Positions 15,337 through 28,272 of a stretch of DNA of 64,000 nt are shown here, in pieces. Both the position numbers and the translations under genes were made by a program. Where the stretch lies: positions 62,062,001 to 62,126,000 of the forward strand of contig OZ365109.1 in the NCBI GenBank assembly GCA_977030845.1, given 5' to 3'. Source of the DNA: Fimbriosthenelais zetlandica. Taxonomy: Eukaryota. The first letter of the stretch is position 1; the number at the start of each line of letters is the position of its first letter. The notes beneath the pieces were generated by a model. The model searched no databases, was not told the origin of the DNA, and was given only the letters and a program-made list of their open reading frames with translations.

Positions 15337-16785
15337 CTGGTTCCAATGGTAATTCGTACATACAGTCCACAAAACCAAGGGATTAAGAGCTCAGCTTCAG
15401 TCCATGGTTCTGGAGGTAGATGGTGCCGCCACCCTTCTCTGAACATGGGAACTATTTACTAAATGTACTTGTCAATACAGTTCGTTCTTTCAACTTCATG
15501 CATAGGTATATAATATCTCCTGATTTGTATTCTTTTTAATTATCTTCATTATGTTCTTGACTGAACCATTTGTTTTGATAGCAACATAAAACAGTGGGTG
15601 GATAGACCATACATATCAAAACGAAACTAGTAATCATGATTGTGGGAAATCCCTCGTGTGTGCATTTCAATAGAGGATTCATAGCCATGGTCACCTAAGA
15701 GGTTTGGATAAATAGATATTAACAGGTATGGGGCATTCTGAGAAGAAACAAATTGAGGAATTATAATACGTTACAACAATGGCGCCTATGTATTATTTCG
15801 TATACATGTACATGTATTGTCTACTGCATGAGCACGGTGTGCATTGGCAGAAAGAAACCTCGTTGTATGGGGTAGGATGATGAGTGCATAATCATATATT
15901 CATATTGAGCAAAATGCACGGAGCCTGAAATCTGGCCTTTTAATGGAATTTAATGCATGGAATTTGAAACGATGACGTACACCTATACATGTACACTAGA
16001 GTGTATGACCATTCACACTGGTAAAACTTTAGAAACAAAAAGCTGTAAAGGACAAATAGTGGGCACAGGTGGAATGACCTTTTAACTCCACTGAGCATCC
16101 AGAGATATTCTGCGAAATTCTCTCTCAAAATTGTCTATATCCACTACGATAGAGACCACAAATATATGGATATTGTTCGGAGGGTTCGTTCCCTAAAATT
16201 AAATGTTATATTAAAGGGTCATTATTGTTGAATATCATGTCAATTATGCTGGAGTAAGATTATAGTTTTGTTAAGGCATTGAGATGTTGCATGGTCTGAA
16301 CAGAAATCAAACGATTGACTGAGGAAAGACACTCAATAATCATAAAATTATTTTTCAAAAGTCAGCCATATTTCAAAAACGGATATATTTAGCCATAGCT
16401 GATGTTTCTGTTAAGAAATTAAGGGCCCTTGGTCATACTAATGTCGAAGATCTACTCATTGGCACTGTTCCACTATATGAATTATGATCCAAGTTAATTG
16501 TATTTGTATTGAAATCTCAATGGATGTCTAAAATAATGTGGGAGTTTCTAAGCACATACCGCACACTTGAATGAGTACAGAGAATGAGGTACGGCATGGT
16601 GTTACTATAACTGATGGCTGTGTTAGTATGAGGCGTGTTGTTTAATGGTGATCAGAGTACATCACCTGATATTTCACGATTACTCATAACATGGATCACT
16701 GAGAAGCACCAGGAAGTATATCTGATGTGTTTTCACTAAATGAGTCTTAAGTCGCACAGGCCCATTCAGCGCTACGGGCCTGAAA

Positions 16786-17080
16786 CCCGGGGGGGGGGCT
16801 CTCCCTCTATGATGGTCACTAGGGATGTGCCGCCCTTTAGGATACCCTTTTTCGATCCTCTGGTATACCCTTGACCCCTTATAAAATGCCATCTGGGGTG
16901 GACGAGGTATAGCCATGGGTAGTCAAAATAGATACCGCCTCTTACACAACAACCACATGTGCTAATTAACATCATTTTCTGGCCTTTGCCAATGGTCTTG
17001 GTTGTCAGAGGTTTTTGGCGGTTAAAAAAAGGTTGCCGGTTCTTCAAGCGGTTTTGATCGCATTTTGGTGGAAGCTTTTT
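16786..17080 (+). repeat. Truncated copy of a dispersed repeat beginning CCCGGGGGGGG...GGGATGTGCCGC
   Basis: The head sequence resembles a non-autonomous repeat type I recall from marine invertebrate genomes. No right end was found. Confidence 0.4.
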
Positions 17081-20000
17081 AGCTTATGCACACACGAATA
17101 AAACAATGTAACAAATTTTGGAGTTTTGGAATGCCCAATGGTTGATGTTGGTAATGCCATTTTGATAGAAAAAAATAAAATTGTGAAAAGTTATATTATC
17201 CAGTACCCTACCCACAGTTATCCGTCATTTTGCTATCCGTCAGTTTTACACCAATATTGTCTCATACCAGGTGGAATTGGCTACCATAGGAATGGATGAA
17301 TAAACTGGATGGGGAGATGTTGTATCGTATTACTGTATATATTCTAGGAGGTAGACCAGGCTCCATGGGACTCATTGCTATCGGTTGGATAGATTCTAGT
17401 GAAACCCCAGGTGAATTCCCGAGTAAGGAGAGTACAGCGGAGGAATAATGTGTATTACAATTAGTTAATATTCACTCCTGATACAGAGGCAAGTAGAGGC
17501 ACCTGGACCCGTTTCAAAAATCGTATTAGCCGTAGAAGTCAATGGCTAATTTATCTCTTGTCCCGTCAACTTACAGTCATATTAATTACTGTTTTGGTGT
17601 CGGACTTTCCTCAATTTAGAACATTTATTTTGTGATTTTAATGCAGTTTATGCACCCTAATTGGATGTAATTTCTTTTATGTAAGTCAATATGTGTATGG
17701 CAAAGGAAATGTCAGGCGGATTTTCTCCATAAATAAGGACATTTAGGTTGATCATAAATTGCACATGCAGATGCGTGCATAATTAAAAAGAGCTGAGGTG
17801 TGTACAAAAACTCTCAGAGCTCCCAGAGCTCTTGGTTTCTTTATGTATGGATAAAAAATATATAGGGCAAGGAGAATGTAGGAATTTATAAATAGAATTA
17901 TGCACCAAATAACAGCTTGCTATCTTAGGGGACACCACAGTATTGCCTTTCCTATATTTCCGCCTGGAAAAAAAAGTGAAAATAGTTTATATTTACCGAC
18001 ACCTGGAAGCAAATATAATTTTGGGGCGAATTTCTACATCACTCGTCCTTATTTCCTGTTCTATGAACTTGGTGTTTATAAAATAAACATCGCTGTGAAT
18101 TCGGACTTAATAATTGGTGAACCTGAGAAACCAAGTGCATGCATTACACAAATTGAATTGGAAAAAAATGATTTGGAATGAAAAATTGGAAAGAAATGGG
18201 GGAATATTTCTCCAGATCATGGTGATCACATGGATCCTTATGATGCAAAGTACAGCGTGCATCACATGCTTCTAAATACACAGACTTGTTTGCTGAACCC
18301 TATTTCATGCCTCTTCTGAAAGTACATGTACATAGTAGGAATGCTGTATATACCATTCCTGCCTGTGTTAAAAGGAGAAGTGAAGCAAGGATCTGTACAT
18401 CTGTCGCTATCACGTGTGTCTCTGCAAATATGTCTTTATACAAGTAAATAATGAATGTGGATCTAACTGGCAAATGGGTGTGGTCTCATATAGGACCCAT
18501 AATCCCACTGATTCAAACAAAAACTGCAACCTCGCCAACTGTTCAAAAAACAAAAATTAACTACTATAGACAACTACTGGGAAGGGAAAGGTTTGAATGT
18601 TAGCCTTTGAAATTATTGGTCAACCTATGAATAATCAAATCGCTCATGTCATAAGATCCTTGATGAAATCATAGACCTACATTTTCTCGTCATCTATGAT
18701 GAAATCAATCAAGGAAGTTAGAATAAATAATATCATTTGAATTTATAATAAGGTTAATATTGGGGTAAAATATAGATTTTTCAATACCTCGTTGCTTACC
18801 GAGTTATCTGTGTTCCTGATCTCAAACTTTGCCTTAGAATGTAACTTCCCTTTCTTATGAGGAGGGCTCGGGTCTTAGCCTCCTTTTGCTTTGAGGTGAA
18901 CAACATGTCTGTCTGATCCATGTCTGTATTGCTGGCAGCCCTGTGCGGCTGGCTATCGGCTGAGGCAGACTGAGGCGTTGACCACATGTTTTCATTGGCC
19001 TGGAAGTCGATAATTGGGGCTAACCCAATGCTACTGCGCTCCCGACCTTGTCTTGTATTTTTTTCTAATCCTCAGGTTCTTTTCATCCATTGCCAATGGT
19101 GAGGTAATGTGTTGGGAATTTAAATATCCCAATATTTGCAGGATGGCAATTACTGTTACAAATCAGTAACAGAGGTCAAAAATGAGTGGCATTAAATCGG
19201 AGGAAGGCAAAGTGTGAAGTGGAAATGTTAGGTCCACTTTGATGATATTTCTTTCAATTTCTGATCTGATATCAGGTCATTGCCAGTAGACTTACATTCC
19301 AGTTACTCCAATTTTTAATTCCTCCTGCTAGTCCTTTTAATTCTTTGTAAGCCTTGCCTAATTAAAGCACAAGCCTATAACACTCAGGTTAGGCCCTATC
19401 TGGGATAGGGAGTCCCAAAAGGAACCTTCCCATCAGGGAAATTCCGAAAGTCAACAAAAATGCATCACTTTTCCTTAAAATGAAGGAACTGTACAATTTC
19501 TCTTCACATGCGCAATAGTGCCAAGAAATCCAGCGATCATATAATAGATCTATATGTACCACAATTCCTGTTCGTCTAAGTACAAGATAAATCAGTATAA
19601 AAACGCTTGATGGATCATTTATCGCAGTTGAGCACTACTGACATCCTAGCTGGACAAATGGACAATGGTCGTCTGTTCGGTCCCTGATAAGAGTGTTATC
19701 AGTTTATCATGGGTCATAACATGTACATTCAGGTGCCTTCTGGCCTTTTGACCTTAGTGTCTTGATGATTACTATTTTCAAGTTATGTCTTTCAAAGTGT
19801 TTTGATAGAATATTCTATAGATATATAGTGTGGAGAGACCATATATCCATGGAATATTCTGACCACATTGAGCGTGCCTGGTAATTATGGACATTTATAC
19901 ATTATTTTAAAACGAAACATTTAGGCCTATTTATCAAATGTTTTACAAAAGACAATCAGAAACCACTAAACCGGTACCAGTAAATCTATTTAGTGTCACG

Positions 20001-23000
20001 TATATGGGTTAAGCTGAATAAGCCAACACCTCTTTGATGCCCAGCAGGAAGACTCTACACACTGTGCAAGAGACAGTGTTCTTATTGGGCCCAGGATCAA
20101 GTCAATATTTTACTGAGGGAAACCCAACCAGGCAAACAGCTGCATTACACTAAAATCCGCGATGTAAACCGCAATCTACATTGTACAGGCCTACATGTAT
20201 TATAAGGAAATGCCCTGTACCTAGATTTAATGTTTTTTGATTTGCTAGTCATAATGATTTGCTCATCAGATCAGAATTATGTTACAGATGAATAAAAATA
20301 ATTACTTAATTAATTTTTAAGAGATGGTACCCCATTTGGGTATTATAGAAATGTTTATAAGGGCCCCTCATGCAGTAACAAGTCAATCGTTTGGGGTAGA
20401 TCTGTTTAGGTTGATGACAGTCAGTTGATGACAATTATTGTACAATTATTGTTACAATAATTAATGACAAAAATGTCATTCCCTGAACGCTGCTAAAACA
20501 AGAGTATGTTGCATAAATTATGAGATAAAATATGGGGGGGAAATCCAGATATGAAAATAGCATGTAAACATATTTTCTCATGATCTGTATATATATATAT
20601 ATATTAATATATTATTAGTAATGTTTAGCACACATGTAATACTTAATCTAGAATGTGACCCTGTTTTATCTGGTTAATCTATCTACTTTATCTACACTAG
20701 GTTAGCAACCATTGCGAACATCAACTCACCACTTGCCGGACTTCCCTTTGATCCACTGAGACATGTTCTGGAGCACAGCTTTCAACATTATCTACTTTCA
20801 TTGAAAAAAGACTCCAGTCCTCCGCCTCTTCCTCCTCCTATACCCACTGTTGCCCACCTCTCAGCACCAATAAAGGAAGGAGGTCAGAATCCAGGTACCA
20901 GCCCTGACTGCAAACAGGTTGCATTTACCGCTTCAAACATGGTCCGAAAAAAGACAGGCGGAGGGCATATCTCCGAGATGTTTTATTTGCCCGAGGCCCA
21001 TGTGCATACTACGATCACCTGAGTGAGGTAACGTGGAGTTAGAGACCACGTGCTTCTCTCATGATTTCGACCCAAGATGTTGGCGCCAGCACAAATTCAG
21101 GTTTGTGCCTTATTGAGTCTTTCACATTGTGGGAGTGGTATTGGGATAAAGGTTGCCTAGTACTATAATGCACCAAAGACCATTAAAATGATTTGATGTT
21201 TATCTCTTCTTTTATGTTTTGTCAGGTAAGGTCATAATTATAATGCATTAAGTTGACATTCACATTTAACAAAACAGGTTACTGAGGCTCGTGTGTTTCA
21301 GTTTCAGTTATGCCCATTGACTGGGTAGCTATTGGCACTAACATTGCCTTACATACAATACAAATCATTGTTTATTGTAGGCTGTACCTGTCTGATAGGT
21401 TATACTGGATAACCTCAAACATTATCGTACGAATAAAAACCCGTCAATTATAAGAAATAACCTCCATGAATTGATTTTATTTCACTGCTGATCATATTAT
21501 ATGTGGGAAAAGTTAATTTCTCTGTGATAGACCTAATACTGCACATGGAACGATGCCATAGAACAAAATTATTGGTCTCTGGTTATAGTTCTGACATTCT
21601 ACTCTAGGCAGCGACACTGGGTAGGGCAAATGCTCATGGTCCTAGAACTATATTTAAGATATAATACGAAAGGAACTAATTTCCCTCGTGTTTTGAAAGT
21701 TTCAGTGGCCGACTATTAGATGTTCATTGCACAAGGCGATTTGATTTTATATTTCACCAGGGGTGATTTAAATTCTGTGTGCCTTTTTTTTATGTTTTAC
21801 CCATTTTTGATGTAATGTGAAATACTATTAATGGTGGGTCTCTGGTACCCTTTGTGGAACGGACATGCATTCAGATCCATATACTGAATTATTCATGTGT
21901 AGAAGAGAATTAAAGCCTATCTAGAGAATGCTGGTATCAAATAATCATAGCCACCTTGAAAGTTCTATACCCCTAATACGTGGCAGAATGAAAGATAGGT
22001 ATATGGCATGTTTTGGCATATCACCAATTGACCGAGAAAATAGTGTAAGATTAAGACAGAAATATCATCTGAGTGAGGGGTCTCACCTGTAAGGGTTGGA
22101 AGAAGAGACTCGGCCACAAGGACAGGGATCACTTACTGTCCTTGTAAGAGGAATCCTTTGTAGATGTAACCTTGCTTCCATGCCAGCCATCTCTCCAAAT
22201 GAACTCTCCGAACTCTCACTTTTCATTACCATCTTCATTTCCACAGATTCAATCCCAATGCAGGGTAATTTCAAGATATTAGCAATGGATGGTAGTCCTA
22301 AACACAGTGCACAATAGGCCTACAATCAGCATTGTTCATTGAGCAATGACTCCCCCAAGATGCAGTAATATAGGCATACTCATCACTCAGAGATATTAAT
22401 ATATATTCCTCGCCATGACCAATGTCATTTTGTCAGTGGTGACTGGAATATGAGGCTATGGTTTTATAGGATCCCGGTGGATCAACGGTGGAGGCAGCCA
22501 TGTGGGTGGATAATCCCAGATTATCTACCAGTACCAGTACATGCAGTGATGGGGATTATCCATAGAAACTAGAGAGGGCCTTAAAATCTACTCCTCTCTC
22601 TCTCCACTGGTGGTCCAGACAATAAGCACTTATCCCAAAGGTCCTTACTGGCCTTCCATCTATAGGTGGTGGTCAGTATAGAGAGGTTAAGGACGAGGGA
22701 ATGTGACATAGGTATCATGCACTGACCGCGCCAAAACCATATTCCCACCTGTCTATATGTACCATTAACAAGAGAACAAAGCTCGTTCGCATTCAGTTTT
22801 TAAGAATGGACCGCGAAAAATAACTGTCCATGTAGGATAGGTACCAAGAAAAATGAACTTTATCCTTTTAGTGACTAGCAGAGGATGGATGATCACACAC
22901 AAAAATAGAGAAGCAGTGTCAAATTTTACTGATCTCGTGGGAATAATGGTGAAAGAAATAATAGTTTCTTTGTTAATTTTGCGTGTACAAATATTGGTTG

Positions 23001-23300
23001 AAGTTCTCTTGACCATCCCCACCTGGCCTGCTACATGCGACAGTTGGTGTCGGGACGGTTGCCATGCCAACTGTCACATGGTGGAGAATCACAAACTCTC
23101 GCTCCATATTCCACATTCTCCATCTCCTCCTGGGCCGAGTCATCATGACCTCTCTATACATTCAATACATAATCAACAGGCCACATTCACAAATAAAGTA
23201 AATCTAAGTCATATTTCTAAAGTGGAAGTTGGATCTTTCAAGATGTGGATCTGGCCTTAGGTCAATGTATTAACTGGCTATTTACTGACCATTGCAAGAA

Positions 23301-23520
23301 CCCACTTTGAAAAAAAATTATACGCACTTTGAAAATATTTTCCATAGTATATTATCATTTATGTCCACCTCAACGCACTTTGAACAAATTTTTCAAAGTG
23401 TGTTAACAAATTTAATATTGGTCCAACTCAACGCATTTTTTCAACGTGTGCTTATGAGGAACATCAAAGAATTTTAAACCTTCTCAAAGCACTTTGAAAT
23501 ATTTTTCATAGTGCATAAAT
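23301..23520. repeat. Degenerate minisatellite, 4-5 units of about 50-58 bp with a hairpin core
   Basis: Recurrent (A)CGCACTTTGAA at 23322, 23373, 23431 (degenerate) and 23487, each followed by TTTTTCAxAGTG-like sequence. Confidence 0.7.
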
Positions 23521-26199
23521 GAACGCAGGGCTCAATGCCATAAGTAGGCATTGTTATGATATAACTTAATGATTATTGAAACTGACGTTAAACAACTATA
23601 AAATCAATGAATCAATCAAAATGTGACCACACTTTCTTCAAATTTCCAAATTACAACCCACAGTGGTATTAGGCATTAGGCCTACAATATGCAAGACTTG
23701 TGTGAGCGTTCGGGGGACTACATATAGGGGTCGGGCCTCACCCCTACCCCCGCTACAGACCCTTTTGCCTCTATACTCCCACCCACCCCCACCCCCCAAC
23801 CCACCCACCAGCACCACCCCCGACCCCCCAAAATAGATTGGACCTTAGAAATAACTGCCTAACTGTAACTGTCAAGGCAACAATTAGTTGCTGGAGAATT
23901 TGATGAATTAAAAAGTCCAGAGTGACTAATCGATTGGCGGTGAATGAAAGCCCAGTTAGGTGTGACCTTTAATGCCACATGGGACGAATCTGGCAATCAG
24001 ATTAAATAAAATAGCTGGCTACGTCATAGACACACGTCATGGTATACTTGAGTGACACCATACAAAAAGTGTGTGGAATTAAACGTCATTCTACTGGGCA
24101 ATTGGTCGCCAAAGTATTTTGTTGCATTTTAACAAAACACAGAGTTATGCACTGACCAGTAGGCCTATTTATTTGAATGTCTTTGTCTTTATTCCAAATT
24201 TGTAAACTTATAGAAATTCGAATTGGAAGAATTTAATAATAATCATAATGACTTTTCCTCCCAGTCAGGATGCTTTCAACAAACTGAATGCATAATGTAC
24301 TATATAGACTAAGATTGCAATAGAAATAATAGCAATTTGTCCCAAACAATGTGTGCACTTAGCTGGCATGGATTGTCATGAAAACAAACCATGTTTTATT
24401 AAACCTATGGCAGTGAACACAGTTTCCACATTTACCCTTTCAGATAAAGCTATTCATTAGGTGCTGGGGCCGAGGTAGGCAGGCCATGCTCTACTAATAC
24501 CCACACCGTATCATTTGCCAGGGTCATTTCAGGCCCGGCCGGAGATGGTGTGGACTCCCTCTGACTAATACACATTTCTGTCTATTCTTCTCCTGGACAA
24601 AGAGAATTCCATTCTATTTATTCAAAGCTCCACAGGCACAACGCTAACCATGCGAATTCACATTCCTTAATGGCATATTAATGCTCGGCCTGCCCTCCTG
24701 CATTGGAGTGATTTTTAATTACTACCAACTATCAGCACTCGTTAATATTGACATGGATGGAAAATCAATATTTCTCCACTTAATTCAGGGCTGGTTGCGG
24801 GAGATTGATATTAGCATAGAGGCAAAGTAGAGATAACAGGATATAAAGCGTCTAATATTTTTCCCCTGGGGTTTACATGTAAGCGTGTAAATGGATATAC
24901 TATCTCTTGGATAATCCCCAACACTATCCCTACAGACCAAACTGATCATGGACCATTATACGATGAAAAATCAGAAAATATTATCATAGAGCAGTTCACC
25001 ATGTCCTATCAGATATTTACACTATGTTAGTGTTAAATATGCCTATATGTATAATTATACTATGCCTATATACATGTATAATAATAATATAATACATATG
25101 AATTAAATATCCCTGAAATATCATCTACAGTTCTAAAAATGACTTGTTAGTTATAAATACAATATGACAGATATAGTTATCTAGGTGTATCGATAATTAT
25201 ACCTGTATGTCTTGATAAAGTGATCAGAGAAAGACCTGACTGTCCTTGGAAGGATACCAGGAGGTGACACCTAGAGGCGGGGGATGACATTAACAAGGAG
25301 GAGACTGGCTCCCATCATCATGTCCACACGAGAAGCTGTACATAGCATTATTGATTTACCTCTAACCTGTCACGAGAGCCATACCTCTAATGTACAGTAT
25401 ATCTATACTACTGTCTGCCCTGGTTCCCATCCAAATATTCATTGAATACACCAATATAATGTATAATCTGTATATCAAGACCGTTTGGATTTTTAGTTAG
25501 AATTTTTATAGAGCCATATTCATTAAGATTCAATGAGAATAACATCTATGAAGCTAATATTGCAGTATCTTTACAATTCATTGTTGGGGTGTGTGGGGGG
25601 GGGGGGGGGGGGTACGGTCCAAGGACTTTATAAATAATATATAATATAAAAAATATCGATACATGCAATGTACAGGCGGTCTCTTAAGACAAGGTTAATT
25701 TGTCATTTTCCATCAGTGCAGATTCAATGTAGCCATTTGATTTAGCTATACGTATTTGCTATATGATATGAATCATTCATATGAACCAGCACACTTTGGA
25801 AGCTACTCTGCAACAAGTGTGTATAAATCACAGAGCAAGACTTTGGTGTTCATAAAAGGGTGCCCGGACATCGATAGAAAGGTGCTTACATTTTCACCTA
25901 ATCATAACTCATTAATCACACCCCACCACATTGAACAAAAACATATCTGCACTCAGTGCAGGCAAGAAAGGACTGGGGTGCATAATTAATATCTTTATTT
26001 CCTATGTTGTCCATGGAACAGGTGCAAGAGATCCAAAATAGAACAAGAATCGATGGTAAAAAGGCATGCCTGGACTTTCAAGAGCAAATACTGAACATAT
26101 CAGCGCCTCTTTTCATTGATAAAAATATCGTTGCCAAAAGTCATCCACCTTTTAACTCCTGTTCTTTTTATTGCTTTTCAAAAGGAGTGATAGTGATAG

Positions 26200-26700
26200 T
26201 GAATCCCTTTCAACTTATCTGTGAAACAGGCTCCATTAATTTAAGGTGAGGCAATTTGAAAGGAGGAAATAGCACCACCTGTCAATACTTGTAAGTTGGC
26301 CAACCAACACTCTATCGAATGGGAGGATACGTGGGATGGGAGAGCCTTGTCATGTATTTGCCTTGTCGGGCGGTCAGTTCTGAAACCTCCCATTATAGCT
26401 ATGAATAAATGATAGCATCGACAACTGATATGTCAGGTAATATAAACTCAGATAACCTGACAACAAAATTCTTGCCACAATAACTCATGTCCATAATATG
26501 ACAGATCCATTTTGTCACAATAATCCTTGTCACGGTAAAAGGTATAGGAACAGATATATAATTGTAAGCAGAGGATGCATGGCCGGAGATGACTTTCCAG
26601 GTCTATTATGAAGGTGAAAAGCTTATCAAATAGGCCCACCTGGTTTGTCCACACTATCTTTATGATGTCTAAAGGGCATCTTGTAACCGGATTCTTTCTG
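26200..26700 (-). mobile_element. Decayed APE-type endonuclease of a LINE (CR1/L2-like) remnant
   Basis: Degenerate motifs in the expected order: WTNQVGLFDK, IIDLESHL (~ITESWL), SYTFYRDKD (~GYTLFRxDR), TYPP (~VYRPP), VVLFPPFKLPHLK (~IxGDFNLPxI), with stops. Boundaries are approximate. Confidence 0.4.
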
Positions 26701-27512
26701 CTTTTATATGAAAGATGTTTTCCGCGTGGGATTCTAAAAATATCTATCAGTGTCGGAACAAGAAGTAAAGATTTAATCAAACCTGTGCAATGTACCTACA
26801 GGACAAGGATTTAACTATCATAAACATGCAAGATACTGACCACAGTATTGTGTCAATTGTTTTGAAAGTATTGCAAATTGTCATGCATTTTCCATAAAGT
26901 TTGGATTTAGTTTCAATTGAAAACTCAATTTCTTTCATATTTCTAGGATTCTGTCATCGGATGGTTATCGTAAATTCTATCCTCATGCCTATATAGTATT
27001 CAAACTAGAAACTTGCTGTCAATGTCATGCAATTAATTTTTTTCTACACTGGGGAGGATTCTTTAGAATGGGGTTGGCAAATACCATTCCCCGCCTGGTG
27101 CGGAATAATAGTGAAAGACCTAGACCTACATAATTATGACGTTGGAGTTTTGTATTGGATTCATGCAACTAGTAGTATAGGGAAATGGTGAATTTATGCC
27201 ATATGCCATTTCAGGTTTCATGGGTCATGATTTTGCCCAAAAACAATTTATAACATCAAACATGAGTGAATGATATTATTATTTTTTTGTAAATTCTAAA
27301 ACTTTTAGGCTATTAATTTTTGGGGGGCATGTCTATTGTGTTCAAAATTCTAAATCACTATATACCTCCTGAAATGGCGAATATTTCGGAATTAATTCCC
27401 TGTGTTGGCCTACATTGAATGATCAAATAAATGTTAGGGAAGAGAAAAAGTATGTGGCTAAAATTGAATATGAACAGGGATAGGACGCGGACAGGAGGCA
27501 CCATAAACTCAC

Positions 27513-27637
27513 CTGTCCTCTTGAGTGTCACCACTAAGGAAGAATAAATCACAACTATATAGTTCAATTCATCTTCAAAATATTTTACTCGGAAATGTTT
27601 CAAATGCCAATATTATCTAGATTCCTAAGCCAGTAGC
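27513..27637 (-). other. Candidate non-coding exon (125 nt)
   Basis: Acceptor GACTTTTTTCTCTCAG and donor CAG|GTGAGT. All three frames contain stops. Confidence 0.55.
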
Positions 27638-28176
27638 CTGAGAGAAAAAAGTCCGAGCTGGTACAATTACGTGCTTGCATGGGGAGGTGTTCAACAGTCG
27701 GAAAGTGTACATTTAATCAGCTAAGTGGGCGGAGTGTTTCCATATCCTTTAAGCTAAAACCCGTTAGGAGCCTTCTCATTGTCCAGTGGACATTATTCCG
27801 AGGGGCTCTATTTATAAAACACTTCTTTTAATGTCAATATAGATCTGTATTTAGCCACACATAATATATCAGGAGGTACTTGAGTAGTTTGCCCATGCAT
27901 GTACCTACCAGATGGTGGCTTTGGATAAATTCTAGACACAAAGTTACACAATTACCTAACTCTACTCTGAATCCCATCACTACCTCCCTCTGGGGTGATT
28001 TATGTTCTTAATGAAGCCTCTTCTCGCAGGACCAAATGATTGTGTTTTGTAAGGTTCTCAAAAGAATCGACTACACTCTGAAACCAAAAAACTAGCTACC
28101 TGGTGGTCTTAAAAAAAGATAATCTTGTTCGGTGTTATTTGATAATTCCCCAGGAGGTAAATTCGTCTAAACTTAC

Positions 28177-28272
28177 CTTGGCATGGGGACATCCAGACCA
28201 TCCCGATCCGAGTCGCCATATTGGTAGCTAAGGCCATCTGACTTTGCAACATTCTTACTGTAATTCGTTGCC
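28177..28272 (-). other. Candidate internal exon (96 nt) of the unidentified minus-strand transcript
   Basis: Acceptor TTCTCTTCACTTTTTCAG and donor AAG|GTAAGT. Two frames are open; neither peptide is recognised. Confidence 0.55.

Noticed and set aside
21200-21232. Plus-strand AG|GTAAGG recursive-site look-alike at 21225/21226
   Set aside because: The motif is good, but I found no plus-strand gene spanning it. It also shows that such motifs can arise by chance.
15870-22390. C/D-box snoRNA candidates (plus strand about 15877-15927; minus strand about 22390-22326)
   Set aside because: The box pairs are present, but there are no terminal stems or recognisable rRNA guide sequences, and such pairs are expected by chance.
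23301-23520. CRISPR array
   Set aside because: The genome is eukaryotic, the repeats are degenerate and unequal, the linkers resemble each other, and there are no cas genes.
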